This document shows positions 10,775 through 23,600 of a DNA stretch of 64,000 nucleotides, piece by piece. The notes beneath the pieces were generated by a model that was given only the letters and a program-made list of their open reading frames with translations, had not been told where the DNA came from and did not search any database. The DNA is taken from the NCBI GenBank assembly GCA_002269645.1, contig NIVC01002677.1, positions 1-64,000 on the forward strand, given 5' to 3'. The translations under genes and the position numbers were made by a program. This stretch comes from Macrostomum lignano (Eukaryota). Numbering within the stretch: the first letter of the stretch is position 1; each line of letters begins with the position of its first letter.

Positions 10775-13149
10775 CAACAAATTTAATTTGGTCCTATTTA
10801 GGCAACTGCAATCGACAGAGGTTTGAAGACGACATACATGTATGTAATTTATCTATTATCTGTTAGTATAATGTCCAATGAAAAAAGATGGTATATAGAT
10901 GGTACTTTACCAGCTACATGTACATATCTTCCTAAAAAATAAATGCACTAGTACACAATGCTTGCTAAACCAAATCACAAAATATAGTCCACATTAAAAA
11001 AGCCCGGTCAATTAGGAATCAGATGCACGCGATAATTGTGTACTTGATTGCCTTTCCGCGCGTGTGCTGCGTTAACGTTCCGACCACTGCTGCCCCGTAC
11101 CAGTCGTACCAGTCACAATTACTATCGGAAACGGACGTAAGCCAAAAAATATTCGCAAGGACTGCTACTTAACAAACACAACTGAAATATTCTACGGTAT
11201 ACCTTTCAATGCAAGCTGAAACACCTTACGATCCTCGACTTTCTCGAGCTTCCCGAACAGCTTCAACATAAGCTAGACGATCCCTTGCATTAAAACAGCA
11301 TGCGCATTTATAGTGTCCCGACCCTTAATGCGTACATCACATACATGTAGGCCAATCCACGGCATTATGGCCAAGGACCACTAGGAAGTTACAACGGGAA
11401 CTTCTAGTGGTATGATGGCTCATGGCAACTGAACCTATAAAAAACAACTGGAGATATGTTCAAAAAACAGGTAAAACTAATCGCACAATGTTACTAACAG
11501 TAGGTGACCTTGATGAAAACTGCAGGACGAGCGCTTCATAAAATTTTAAGAGAGTCCTTTATTATATACAATATGCGTGTACTAGTATGTTACATGTACA
11601 ACCAAGTTAAGCATGAATCAAAAGCTTAATTTTTAGATTGATATAAAGATAATTGATTATACATACTCGCGGATGCTATCGGATCTTCATACTCATAAAT
11701 GGGATTGGGCAAACTTCATCATGTAAATGCAACATGCAGTCTTACATTATTACCAAGTTAGTTTTAAAATTATATATACATGTACATGTAACTGCATGTA
11801 ATTTACATGTAACATGGATATATTTTGCCTAAATTAAGTAATTACATGTATAGGACTCGATTATTCACGCAAATAAATTAATTATTTTGAGTTCATAATA
11901 CGAGAAATTATATGCATGATATTCAATTAAGTTATTATAGCATGCACATGAAGCATATAAGCCACTTTTTTCATAAGTGCCTAACTTTAATTGCAACATT
12001 AAAATTAGCACTCCATATATAATCATCGGTAAAAATAACGCTTGACCTTCTACTACCGCGAATGTCTGAAATAATAAATTACCCGCGCACTGCAGAATTC
12101 GGCAGTGAGTGTCAGTGCCAAATTTGGCTCAGATCACTCCACTCCTCTGCAGACCAGGCTGTTTACAACAAAGCAGTGTTTTTTTCAAGTGTAAATTTCC
12201 AAAAATAATTATAGCTAATATTCTTTACATTGTATGAATATGCGAATTCGTCTGCTGATCTTTCCCAGCCCGAATGCGAATCTGACGAAACAAAAATACT
12301 TCTGCAACGAGTCACGTGCAGCAACTACCGATTAGAAAAGTTGAACGCAAAATCTGTCAGTCCCCCCTCCGGCTGCACGCGGTGCGCTCACAGCTATTAG
12401 ACAGCGGAGGGACTGCACAAGAAACGGTCCAGGCAGCAACCCCAATGGCCCCTAGACCTAGAGAGAGAGCCAAAGCAGTCCCTTAGTTCAATCCTAAGTG
12501 CTATTTTACAGCGAAATCAGCTGACCAGAAAGTGAAACGAAAGTTAGGTTGGGGGGTAGGAAGGTGGGCTGCAGTTTGTTGAGCCACGTGAAGCAAAGTT
12601 GCTCTGCTGCAAAATGTCAGGCCATACGGGGGGAATGGCCGAGAACGATCGTGCGTACTTGGGTACAGGCCCAATCTGTATGCTTATTCAAACCGTTGGC
12701 TGCACATTTGTATTTGCTGCTGCGTGCACAGTACGCGCGCTTATTAACAATAAGGGTAAGGCAGGAGGAAAACACACCATTTCTGTTGCTCTCACCTGAC
12801 ACAAAGGAAAATACTCCTTGCATGCAGTCCCTCAGCTCTCTCTACCTACGCAGTGTCTCTTGTCCTTCAGTTAAGCCAAAAGCCGTTTGAACTCATTATA
12901 CACAATTGTTGATGGTTGGAAAATTACTAGAGACGATGCTGAATGCTGCAATACACTCTTCTGCAAGATTTTCTTTCGACTCAAAAGCGAAACCATAAAT
13001 GATAAAATGCTAATTTAGTGTACAAAGTATTGTAACTACAATGCAATACACATAGACGCTGTTCTCAACAGCTCACTGCATGTATAATCAGAATCAGGGA
13101 CAAATGCACCCGGAAACATTAACAACCCAAATGGCGATAAACATCTATA

Positions 13150-13461
13150 CTATCCCCAGGACATTATCCCCAGGGCAGCGGCTTCAGGACAGCGAAATCC
13201 AAAGGACAAGGGCCTCCCTAAACGTGTGACCCCCAAAGGACAGCGCCCCCTGAAAGAGTGACTCCTTCATAGGACAGCGCCCCCTAAAAGAGTGGACCCC
13301 CCAAAGAACAGGGCCTCCCTAAGACAGTGACCCCCCCTAAAAGACAGTGACCCCCCCTAAAAGACAGTGACCCCCCCCCCTAAAAGAGTGACCTCCCTAA
13401 AGGGCGCCCCCAAACGAATTTGCCGCCCCCACCATCAAAGCGAACCCAGAATTCGGCACTG
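13150..13461. repeat. GC-rich short repeats (GACAG(C/T)GxCCCCC...AAAG), probably the subterminal region of a non-autonomous DNA transposon end
   Basis: About ten GACAG/CCCCC motifs ending in GCCGCCCCC...AATTCGGCACTG. Confidence 0.45.
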
Positions 13462-15643
13462 CTTACAATGAAGCCTAATTAAGAGCCCCTATATATGTAG
13501 AAACTGTGTAAATAAAACTAAAAGTCTAGCTGAACTTGCAGGTTCCTCCAACGCAACACAGAGGAAACGCGTCATAGATGGATGAGTCACGTACGCGTAC
13601 AGCTGCTCGTGTGACATCCGGATTGCAATGGAGCTGATTGGGGTTGGGATAATTAGCATGCACACTTGCAGAGGGTATACTTTGACGCACACGACAGCGC
13701 GGCTTTGTCCTCCAACAGTAAACTGTCAAAACTTCGTCCCGGTCCAGGCACGCGTGACCCAGGCATTTCCTGGCTCCCAGGCACCGCACAGAGGGTTTGG
13801 TTGGATTTGTCCACTCCGATCGTCAATAAACGACTTGAGCCTCGATAGATCCGCCCCCCGCTGCCCTGTCCTCGAGATCCGGAAAAGATTTCGTCATTTT
13901 CAATCATGCAAACCGCTCGTGTTCACACGCTATGCAGTGCGGAGTAACGTGTTCCCTTACTGTACATGGGATCTCTGACTTGGCCTGCTCAACCTAACTC
14001 AAAACACAAGCTAAGTTATTTATTGTTTCCGGTCTTTCGAAGAAAGTAGAAAAAAAGCCCAAATCCACAGGAGGACCCTGGACTTGAAATCCGACGCACT
14101 GCGAAATTCCTTGCTTGCATTTGGTATAGAAAAAAGAGCCAAGGAACTGATACACGCGTCTCGAAAATTAACAGGGCTCAGCTTAGAAGTCTGCTGGAGA
14201 GCGCTGAAGCAACATGAACCCAAATTTGAATTCCATTTCTGAAGTTGCATTTCATACTTGAACTAGTTTGCTGACAGACACTAGCTGACTCAGCGTCCCA
14301 GTATTAATGAACAAGTCAACAACAATGTACTTTTAAATCTACTAGAAAGCCAACCATTTGGCCTGTCAGATTTCTTATCTTGATTAAATTGAACCCTGGA
14401 AACACAGACACACAATCTACCTTCAGCATTATTCTACACTGAAAGAAAAAACTCAAAATCTTTATCTAAAGTGCATTTGTTTTTCCCAGCAAATTCAGCT
14501 GAAGGCTTAGCGGGAAGAGAATGTCAGTAATGTATTTCTTTTTTCATTTTATTTTCCTCTTATCTCACGAAAATGGGGGGCCTCGCGATAGGCAAAAACA
14601 CACATGGTTCCTCAACGGTCAACATAAACGAAAGTTCGAATGGACAAAATGGGAGGCTCGACTCCTGACAGTAATTAGAGGGTTCAACTTTGCCACAAAA
14701 AACCCACAATGACCCCTCATAACAGATAACAAGCAACAGACAGACCAAATGCCGCTGTGGTCCCCAAATTAACAAACTCAATTGGCAAACTCAAACAGAA
14801 TTTGTCAGCAAAAATGCCTTCAAACGAATTCACATTATTTAGCAATGTTATACGGGAGCTCAGAAGAAAAATGAAAATAGAGATATGATATGAAATGTAA
14901 CTTAAGTTATTCAGTAGTTAATGACACTGGCTTTTTATAAAACAAACAATGACTTAATTCACCAGGATGAAGCGCAGAGGCTGATTGGGAGGGTGGGAAA
15001 TACAAAACAGTTTAACTTTAACGAAGCAACCGCCAACAAACCAAATTCAGACCGTGTTGACAATGCTAATAAAAACTAAAAATTACTAATTTATATAAGC
15101 AGCAAAGGCAAATAATTATATTATTTAACAAATTTTAATTTACAAAAAGGCCTAGAAAAAGTAGCCGACCAATAAAGAATGACAACGGACAAACAGTGAA
15201 ACTGAAACAGGAGAGTTTCTAATAATAATAATAAATGTTATAATCATTACCAAGGAGCCACTTCAATGGCACTCCTGCCTTCTTTTCCACTAAGCAAGCC
15301 AGTAAATTTTGGGCGATAAAAATGCCAAGTAGTTAGTCCCAAGTTAGATTTCGGCTTTAGAAAAGATCTTGTTTATGATTGGGAAAACAGGCGGATCCAA
15401 TGGGGTGGGGGTCAAGGAGGTTGGCTGACCTCCATCCCACTAAAAAAATTAGACCAGCCTCTGATTGGCATAACCTGACTGTTTTTAAGTGATTAAAATA
15501 AAGCAACTCTCCCTGTCACTGACAGGATTGTGGATCATGGAAAATAAGGAAGTTTCAGGTTAGGAGAAGCAAATCATGTAACAGGGCCAGACACGCTAGT
15601 TGGTTAGTTCCAGAGTCTTAAGCCTGCACTGACTGGCTGGCTC

Positions 15644-15979
15644 TCAGATGTCCATTTCAAACTCAGTGCTGCCAGCAGTCTCTGGCTGCTTCTGAGTTGT
15701 AGGCTTGTCACTATTTTTCTTATTGATATTGTTCTCTTTCTCCTCCTCAGGACAGGTGACTCCAGGGATGCGGGGCAGGTTGGCTGGCGGAGTCTTGGCC
15801 AAGGGGCTGTCACGACGGCTGATTAGAAAATCTCTATCATAGATAATGCGAGTGCCACCTGGGGTGGTACTGAAGATGGTACCGCCAGGTGTTTGGGAAT
15901 AATCACGCGGCATCTGTGAGGTACTGGTGAGACGCACACGCCTGACTGGGATGCCATTAGCTTGACCTGCAACACTCAT
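15644..15979 (-). CDS. EIF4EBP: eIF4E-binding protein (4E-BP/Thor), 111 aa, uninterrupted CDS
   Basis: YSQTPGGTIFSTTPGGT phosphosites, YDRDFLI eIF4E-binding motif (YxxxxL-phi), SPLAKTPP, and C-terminal TOS motif FEMDI. ATG at 15979, TGA at 15644-15646. Confidence 0.97.
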   Translation of the reverse strand: MSVAGQANGIPVRRVRLTSTSQMPRDYSQTPGGTIFSTTPGGTRIIYDRDFLISRRDSPLAKTPPANLPRIPGVTCPEEEKENNINKKNSDKPTTQKQPETAGSTEFEMDI

Positions 15980-18313
15980 TGCTGCTTTTTTATTGGTTTG
16001 TAGAATTGGCTTCTAGAAGAGCTGAGCAATATCCAGCAAATGACAATTATTGCTTGAAAATCATGCAATAGATTTTAGGTTTATTAATTAGCAAAGGTTG
16101 CAATAAGCATAGTAATAAATTATAGTAGGCCTATTAATGTTTCAAATGTCTAGATATAAAAGTTTTTAGAAAAGTAAAAAAATAGGACTTGAAAAAGGAA
16201 TAAAATTTATTAAATATGCATTATAATTCTTAATTTTTATTTATTGATTAAGGCAATATCCAATAATTAGACCATGGGCATGGTATAATATCTTTGACTT
16301 ATATAATTATACATTAAAAAAACAATGCATAATCTAATCTAAGCAATCTGAGTTTGTAATAGCAAGGCTAAGCCAAGCCAAAGAAGGCTAGGCCAGTTGT
16401 CATACTCACAGAGAAAATATCTTTGATACTAAAAATGTACAATAATATTGGCCTACTCAAACGAAAATAAAAAAGTCTAAATTCTAAAACTATCACTGTA
16501 GTAGATTTTAAGATAAAGCATGAGCTGAATTTTGACGAAAGTGAAAAAAAGTATGTCCCTAGACATATCTTCTAGCCAATACTATATTGTACTGTAATTG
16601 TAATAGTAGTGCATAATAGTCTTATTACTCTTATAGACTATAGTCGAAAATAATAGGCCTATTAGTTTTATATAAACAAACTTAAAATAAATGCCATTGG
16701 TAAGCTTTAAAAATGCAAAAAATAAATTTATGAAGTAGTCTTCAAGCTAAGCGATTAAGTAGAAAGCTTAGAAGAGCAGCAACAACTACTAGTAAAACAG
16801 AGATTATCTGCTACCACTACCTTCGTTGTTCATGAGCCGGATATATATAAACAACGATCAGCTGTTTCAAGTGTCACGTGTTTTTGTAGAGGTTTGAACG
16901 ATCACTAGCAAGAGAAAAAACAAATAATTTCATGTGACCATAGTAAAAAACAGAAAACTAGAAAGATCTTTAAAAATGAAGGCAAAAAATAAAAGTCTTA
17001 AGTAAATGTGTGTAAAATACTTTTTTCTTTCTCATTGCACCATAACGAACAACTGGCTTGATAGTTACATCTGCTCTGGCCTTAGGTCCTGGTAAAATTC
17101 ATTAATGAAATGTTGTTACAACCTACACTGCCTAATAGGACCTCTACTGTCTAATTTGTAGTCAAAATTTAGATTTAGACCTACAAGTTTAACAAAAAGA
17201 AGGCATCTTTCCTTCAAGTTCTAAATTTAAATTTTAGGCATAGTGTAGGGCCTAGTTAGCCTAGTATATATTGTTTGGCTTGAATTGTCCAATAACAGTA
17301 ATATATTCTAGAATCTAGGCCTCTAGAATTGTCTAGGTTAGTAGGCCTAAGTAAGATTATGTTTTGAAAAAAATTAGGCACTTGTCTTGAACTTAAAGTA
17401 GCTCTAGTTGAAATAGGCAATGCTAGGCCTAGGGCCTGTAAGTAACAAATAGATAACTAAGTAAAAATAGCTTAAGTTCAAGCTATTTTTCAAAGTCAAA
17501 GACCCAAAGCTAAGGCATATTATTATTTGTGTAGGCCAAGTGCAAGTTGCTACTAGAAATTGAATAATAGTAATATATTTTATATAGGTATAGGGGATAG
17601 AGATTCAAAGGGGTAGGCCTAAAGATGCTAGAAATAGATAGGCCCAAGTCTATCTTAGGCCTAGTATCTTTATATTTAGACTAGATTGATAAGTTTATTC
17701 TTAGGCCTATTTTTTAATTTTTATATAATGTTTGCCAAAAACTTAGATTGAAAGATAGGCCTATCCAAACTGACAAAAAAGCAATATGTTTATGTTTATA
17801 TTGACTAGATTAGGCCTAAAAACACTTGGCTTGATACCTTAAAAATGTGTACTTTTATTTTATATGTTATAGCATCTTTAGCTTTTTTATGCCCAAGTCC
17901 ACTTTAGTTTTGGTTGAGTCTTATTTATTTATTTATTTTACTCTGAGTCCAAGCTCTTGACTTTAGTTAGTTAGGCTCTTGTGCTCTAGGTTCTAGGTAT
18001 ATTGACAAATAAAATTGTCTATGACTATGACTAAGTTCTTTTGTGGGCACTAAGATGCAAAATTGCATTGATGGTCCAATTTTAGGATGCAATTTAGATA
18101 GTTAGGCCCCTAATATATTATATAGCATCTGTATTACATAAAAACCTAGCTTAGTTAGACTTTTTAGGTCTAATTTTAGGATATAACTAGGCCTAGCACA
18201 TTAACCCATGGGGCATTCAAATTTAAAATTCAAACATTGAGAGTATAAAAAATCATTTTTTGAATATTTGCCTACTTCTAAATTGATTGTTTCATTGTTT
18301 GCAATTTATATAA

Positions 18314-18576
18314 TATATACTTAGCAACATTGAAAAGTTACCAATCTATATGCCAGTAAACAACTTTTCTTAGACTATTCTAAAAAATATATAAGAAAAC
18401 TAATTGGGTAGCTTCCATCTATTTAACAAAACCCTTGCATACTGTACCTCCCACATTTCATTCTTTAACTCATGCCTACTGTTGCGTAGCTAGGTTACAT
18501 TACTTGCAAAGATGGAAAAGCTTTACCTGCACTCTAAAAAGTGGCAACTAGACTTTTCAATGTTGCTAAGTATATA
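18314..18576. mobile_element. MITE with 25-bp perfect inverted ends (Tc1/mariner-like, TA target)
   Basis: TATATACTTAGCAACATTGAAAAGT (18314-18338) and its exact reverse complement at 18552-18576. Confidence 0.8.
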
Positions 18577-20160
18577 AGCACACTATGACACTAAGCCCCC
18601 AATGGTGGGCATTCAAGTAAAAAATTCAAACATCAAAAGCATTAAAAAATGTTATTTAAAAAAGTTTTTTTTAATTTGAATCAATTTAAATCAATATTTG
18701 ACCCACTAACAATTGGTAAAAATTTTATATGCCAATTTGCCAAATGAATTTGAATCAATTGAACCCATTAGCTATTGTCTCCTAGCTGCAACTGCACCAC
18801 CCAGTGTTATATTCATAAAATAAGACAAAAAAGATTAGAGCAGTTTAAGGGGTTGATAAATTCTGGCCAGCTTTTTACCCCCCCCCCCCTATGCACCCAC
18901 TCTCATCAACAATAATAAAATTCAACCAACCCTACAAATTGTAAGACCACCATGCAAATAGTCATAAAACTCCTTTAGCTTAATTGTAGTGAATGATATC
19001 CTATACTGTACATTGGCCAAGGAGAGGCCTAAGTGGTTAAACTGAGCAGTTAAATTTAGAAGCAGGGTGCCCATTCAAAGAATTACAAAATTGTTTTTTT
19101 GAATATTTGACCCACTTCCCATTTAAATTTATTTTTATTATTAATTTACCATTTAAATGTTCTTTTTTCATCAAAAAAAGTTATGCATAATTCCCAAAAA
19201 AATCAAATTTTTTAAGCAAATTTTAAAAAGTTGGCCAGATAGTACTCAAAAAAATTAATGACAAGCAAATAGACTGACAAACAATGCAAAATTAGTGTAT
19301 AGATTTTGAAAGTCAGGATGCCAACCTAGCTAATTATGCTATATAAATTGTAACAAATAATAATAATATTATAATTAAAATGTATAACCAAAACATAAAG
19401 ACAAGACTTCAAAGGAAAAGAAAGAAAAAAGCAATTAGAAAAAAGAATTATCTAAATATACAGATATATAGAAACAAAATGGAAGAAAAAGCAAAGCAAA
19501 ATCAAAGCAAAAAGATTAATACAATGCTAATTATAGTATTAGTGACTAAGTTGTATAAAGGATTATTTAGTCTAAGCTAGCTGCAAAGCCAAAATTAAAA
19601 TGCATAGACTAGTATAAGCCTTAGCTAAATTGCATAGGTTGCAATATATATGACAAACCCCTATATATAAATTGCTATTAGGCAAGATTATAGTCCTATA
19701 TCCTATCTCTAGATATTTTTAGAGATGTTTTACACCTAATAGCTCTTTGGGAGTTTTTTGATTCAATGCCAATATTGCTACGATTGTTTACCAAGGTTGT
19801 TATGAAGTAAAACTTTTATTTTATAAGTATTTTATAGCTAATAATAAGTTATAATAGGCTAAGTCTCTATGTAAACCTATTCAGTACCATTAAAATTATC
19901 AAAATAAAGCTAGCTTAACTTAAAGTTTTTATGATTATAAAATCAACTAATTTGATTTCAGATTTCAGAATCATAATAGTGGGATTATAATCCCCATCTT
20001 AAGGTATAAGCATATCTAAAAATTAGATGACATCACATCCATAAATTTTGAAAACCAGTGGGCATACTTGTGAAACATTCTTACTATGCCTAGTACTAAA
20101 ACTTGTGCAATAAGTCTAGCAATTTATATATTTTCATTAATTTTTCCAAATTCAGCCAAC

Positions 20161-20605
20161 ATGAATGAGCAACAGCTGCTGGGTGACAAAACTCGTTTAT
20201 TGATAGCAGCAGCTGCTGCTGCTGCAGCTGCTGACAGCGACTCAGCTAAGCCAGCCATGTCCCCAGCATCCCAGCTGATGCAGCAGCAGCATCCGCATCC
20301 GCAGGCTCATTCGCCAGCACTGAGCGTTGGCAGCGGCGGAGTTGTTGGCAGCTCAGCGCTGGCCAGTCTTGAGGCGTGGCAGAGCCGGGAGCAGCAGTAC
20401 AGCTCCCTGCTGTTGAACCAGGCCAAGCACGGTGTGCAGCAGCAGCAGCTGCATCACCAGCAGCATTTAACTCTGCCTCACAGCGTCAAATCTGAGGCCT
20501 CGTCTAACAACAGTTCAGATCGTGAGGCCGACTTTTGTCCTGCCGGCGGCGGCAGTGGCTCAATGGATTTTGCCCACTCCGGCGGTGTTGGCAGCAGCGG
20601 AGATG
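20161..20605 (+). CDS. HR96: Nuclear receptor coding exon 1 (Ala/Gln-rich N-terminal region)
   Basis: Acceptor TTCAG at 20155 just before ATG 20161; donor G|GTTAG at 20606 (phase 1). Confidence 0.75.
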
Positions 20606-23600
20606 GTTAGAGTGGAATAGTTTTACTACTAGGATAGGCCCGATTCCTTCGGGATGAACATCTGTTCATTAACCGCAGGGAGAAATCTGGGCACCCTGAA
20701 GCCATATCGTCCCACTCAGGCATATATACATTTGGTAAAACAGCTTTCTACTTTCAGTTCAGTAGTGAAAAAGAATACATAAGCTATTTTATAAAGATAA
20801 AGGCAGCTGAAATGATTTTGATAAGATTAGAAGCCGAAGCTTGCAGGCGTAAACAACTTGCTAATTGGTTCAGCACTAATGTACATTAGCCAGTCCACTG
20901 AAATGTACATAGTAGCTTTTGGCTGGAATTCCGAGGAAGCCAAAGGCAATAAAAATTGGGGCAAGTCGGGGGGTAGTGTGGAAAGGCGCGGTTGGAGGGT
21001 TTAAAAATGGTGTAATTAAAGAGGCGGCAATAAATAAGCCTTTTATTTAAAAAATGCTTTTGTTTAACTTACTACTGAACTGAAAGTAGTTTACACGCAA
21101 ATGTGCTGAGTGGCCCATCTAGTTATTTTTTAGTAGCTGTGCACGGAATCGAACCAGGCATCGTGTGGCGCGAGAGCCAGACGCATTTACCGCTGCGCTG
21201 CTCCGTCCCTTCGAAATGCCATGATATCGAAATTTCCATATCGCGCCCCGCTTTGGCCCCGCCAGGCCTGGGCACAGTCGTCAGAACTCGGCGCCGCAAA
21301 GCTGGCCTGCCAGACGACCAGCGAGTGTGCGCGGTGTGCGCCGAGCCGGCCTCCGGCTACAATTTCGACCGGCTCACCTGCGAGAGTTGCAAAGCGTTTT
21401 TTCGTCGGAACGCTTTGAAATCTCGCGAAAAGATCAAACCCTGCTCGCGCGGCGGCGGCTGCGACGTGAGCGGCTCGCAGAGGAAGCACTGCCCAACCTG
21501 CCGCCTGGAGAAGTGCCTGCTAGTGGGCATGAAGAAGGAGCTCATTTTGCCCCCAGAGAAGCTGGAGCAGCGGGCCAAACCGAAACGGCGTCTGAAAAAC
21601 GGCAGCTGCGATGGTGACGCTGTTGGCGGGGCTGGCGAGCCGCCTCTGCATGTGGCCGGCCAGCGGCATACTCCGGGTAGGCAAATCCCCATGAATAATC
21701 GCCCCAAACTCCCCATTAATAATCGCCCCAAACTCCCCATTAATAATCGCCCCAAACTCCCCATTAATAATCGCCCCAAACTCTCTTGAATAATCGCCCC
21801 ATACTCTCTCGAATAATCGCCCCAGACTCCTATGAATAATCGCCCCAAACTCTCATTAATAATCGCCCCAAACTCTCATTAATAATCGCCCCAAACTCTT
21901 GAATAATCGCCCCAAACTCTCTCGAATAATCGCCCCAAACTCTCTTGAATAATCGCCCCAAACTCCCCAATAATAATCGCCCCAGACTCCCCATTAATAA
22001 TCGCCCCAAACTCCCGTGAATAATCGCCCTAGACTCCCATGAATAATCGCCCCAAACTCTCATCAATAATCGCCCTAGACTCCCATAGTAACTGATTAAA
22101 AATTGCTCATAGCTTTCATAAATTTGGCGCCATTTCAGGCCAGCGCCGTTCAATTCAGCGCCAGCGCCAGCTGCCGCAGCACCCCCAGCACCAGTTTGTG
22201 CAGCAGCAGTTGCAGCACCAGCACCAGGCTCCGGCAGCTATTAACGGCGCTTCCTCCGCCTCGGTCGACTTGGATCCGTCGCCATCTTCAGCTGCGTCGG
22301 CGCCAACCGAGCAGCTGACATTGTCGGAGCTGGCAGCGACCTGGGCGGTGGTCAGCGGCGCCGGGCGTCGCTGGGAGACGCAGCTGTCTGGCGCGGACAG
22401 AGACTGCCTGGCCAATCTGGAGGAGGCCGTCAGCCGGGTGCGGGAGGCCTTGGCAGCTGAGGACTGCGGCCTGCTGACTGGCGCGGACGGCGGCAGTGGC
22501 GTTGGCGGCATCGGTCGACTTGAACAGGCGTTCAACCAGATGGACGCGTGTATCAGGCGGATTATCTCGGTGGTGAAGCTTATACCGAGCTTCTCCGAGG
22601 TTGAGAAGGACTCACAGATACTCATGCTGAAGGTGAGCAGGCGGTCTGTTTAGATTGCTTCAATTTTGTGTTGTTTGGCATCTTTATCATTCAGTAGGGT
22701 GATTTGGGATTTTTTCCTGCAGGGGTCAAGGGATTTTTATCATTCAGACGGGTCAATTAGGATTTTTATGCTTCAGGAGGGTCAATTGGGATTTTTATCC
22801 TTCAGGAGGGTTATTTGTGATTTTCATCCTTCAGGGGGTCATTTGGGATTTTTGATCCTTCGGGAGGGTCATTTGGGATTTTTGATCCTTCGGGAGGGTC
22901 GATTGGGATTTTTGATCCTTCCGGAGGGTCAATTGGGATTTTCATCCTTGAGGAGGGTCAATTAAGATTTTCATCCTTCAAGAGGGTCAATTGGGATTTT
23001 TATCCTTCAGGAGGGTCAATTGGGATTTTTATCCTTGACGAGGGTCAATTGGGATTTTTATCCTTGACGAGGGTAAATTGGGATTTTTATCATTCAGACG
23101 GGTCATTTGGGATTTTCATGCTTCAGGAGGGTTAATTGGGATTTTTATCCTTCATGAGGGTAAATTGGGATTTTCATCCTTCAAGGGGTCATTTAGGATT
23201 TTTGATCCTTCGGGAGGGTCAATTGGGATTTTTGATCCTTCGGGAGGGTCAATTGGGATTTTTGATCCTTCGGGAGGGTTATTTGGGACTTTTATCATTC
23301 AGGAAGGTCAATTAGGATTTTCGTCATGCAGCCTCAGTGGGTCATTCCGCCTTGATCCTTAAAAGGTGTCATTTTGGTATTTTTGTTATTTGAAGGAACT
23401 GCAAGTGTTCAGTACTCTCCATACCAGGTGAACATATACGGCCTGGTAATCCTGTACTGGTCATTCTTCTGCAAGCCGGCGGCCTCCAGCGGAGTGTCTC
23501 TCATGCAGGAGCTGGCCGCGGCCGTCTCCGCCATCATCTGCTCCAGGCCTGAGGCCAGCGACCTGACCCCGGCTGACCTGGAGCAGTACCAAGCCAACGC

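Noticed and set aside
12113-13461. Complete DNA transposon bounded by CAGTGCCAAATT / AATTCGGCACTG
   Set aside because: The flanks (GTGAGTGT versus CTTACAAT) show no target-site duplication, so the pairing of the ends is unproven.
19063-20698. Inverted CAGGGTGCCCA / TGGGCACCCTG pair flanking nuclear receptor exon 1 (captured exon?)
   Set aside because: No TSD; each looks like an independent MITE-end fragment.
21145-21158. GGAATCGAACCAGG shared with 57864-57877, resembling a reverse tRNA T-arm
   Set aside because: No cloverleaf around either copy, and one lies inside a coding exon; probably chance.
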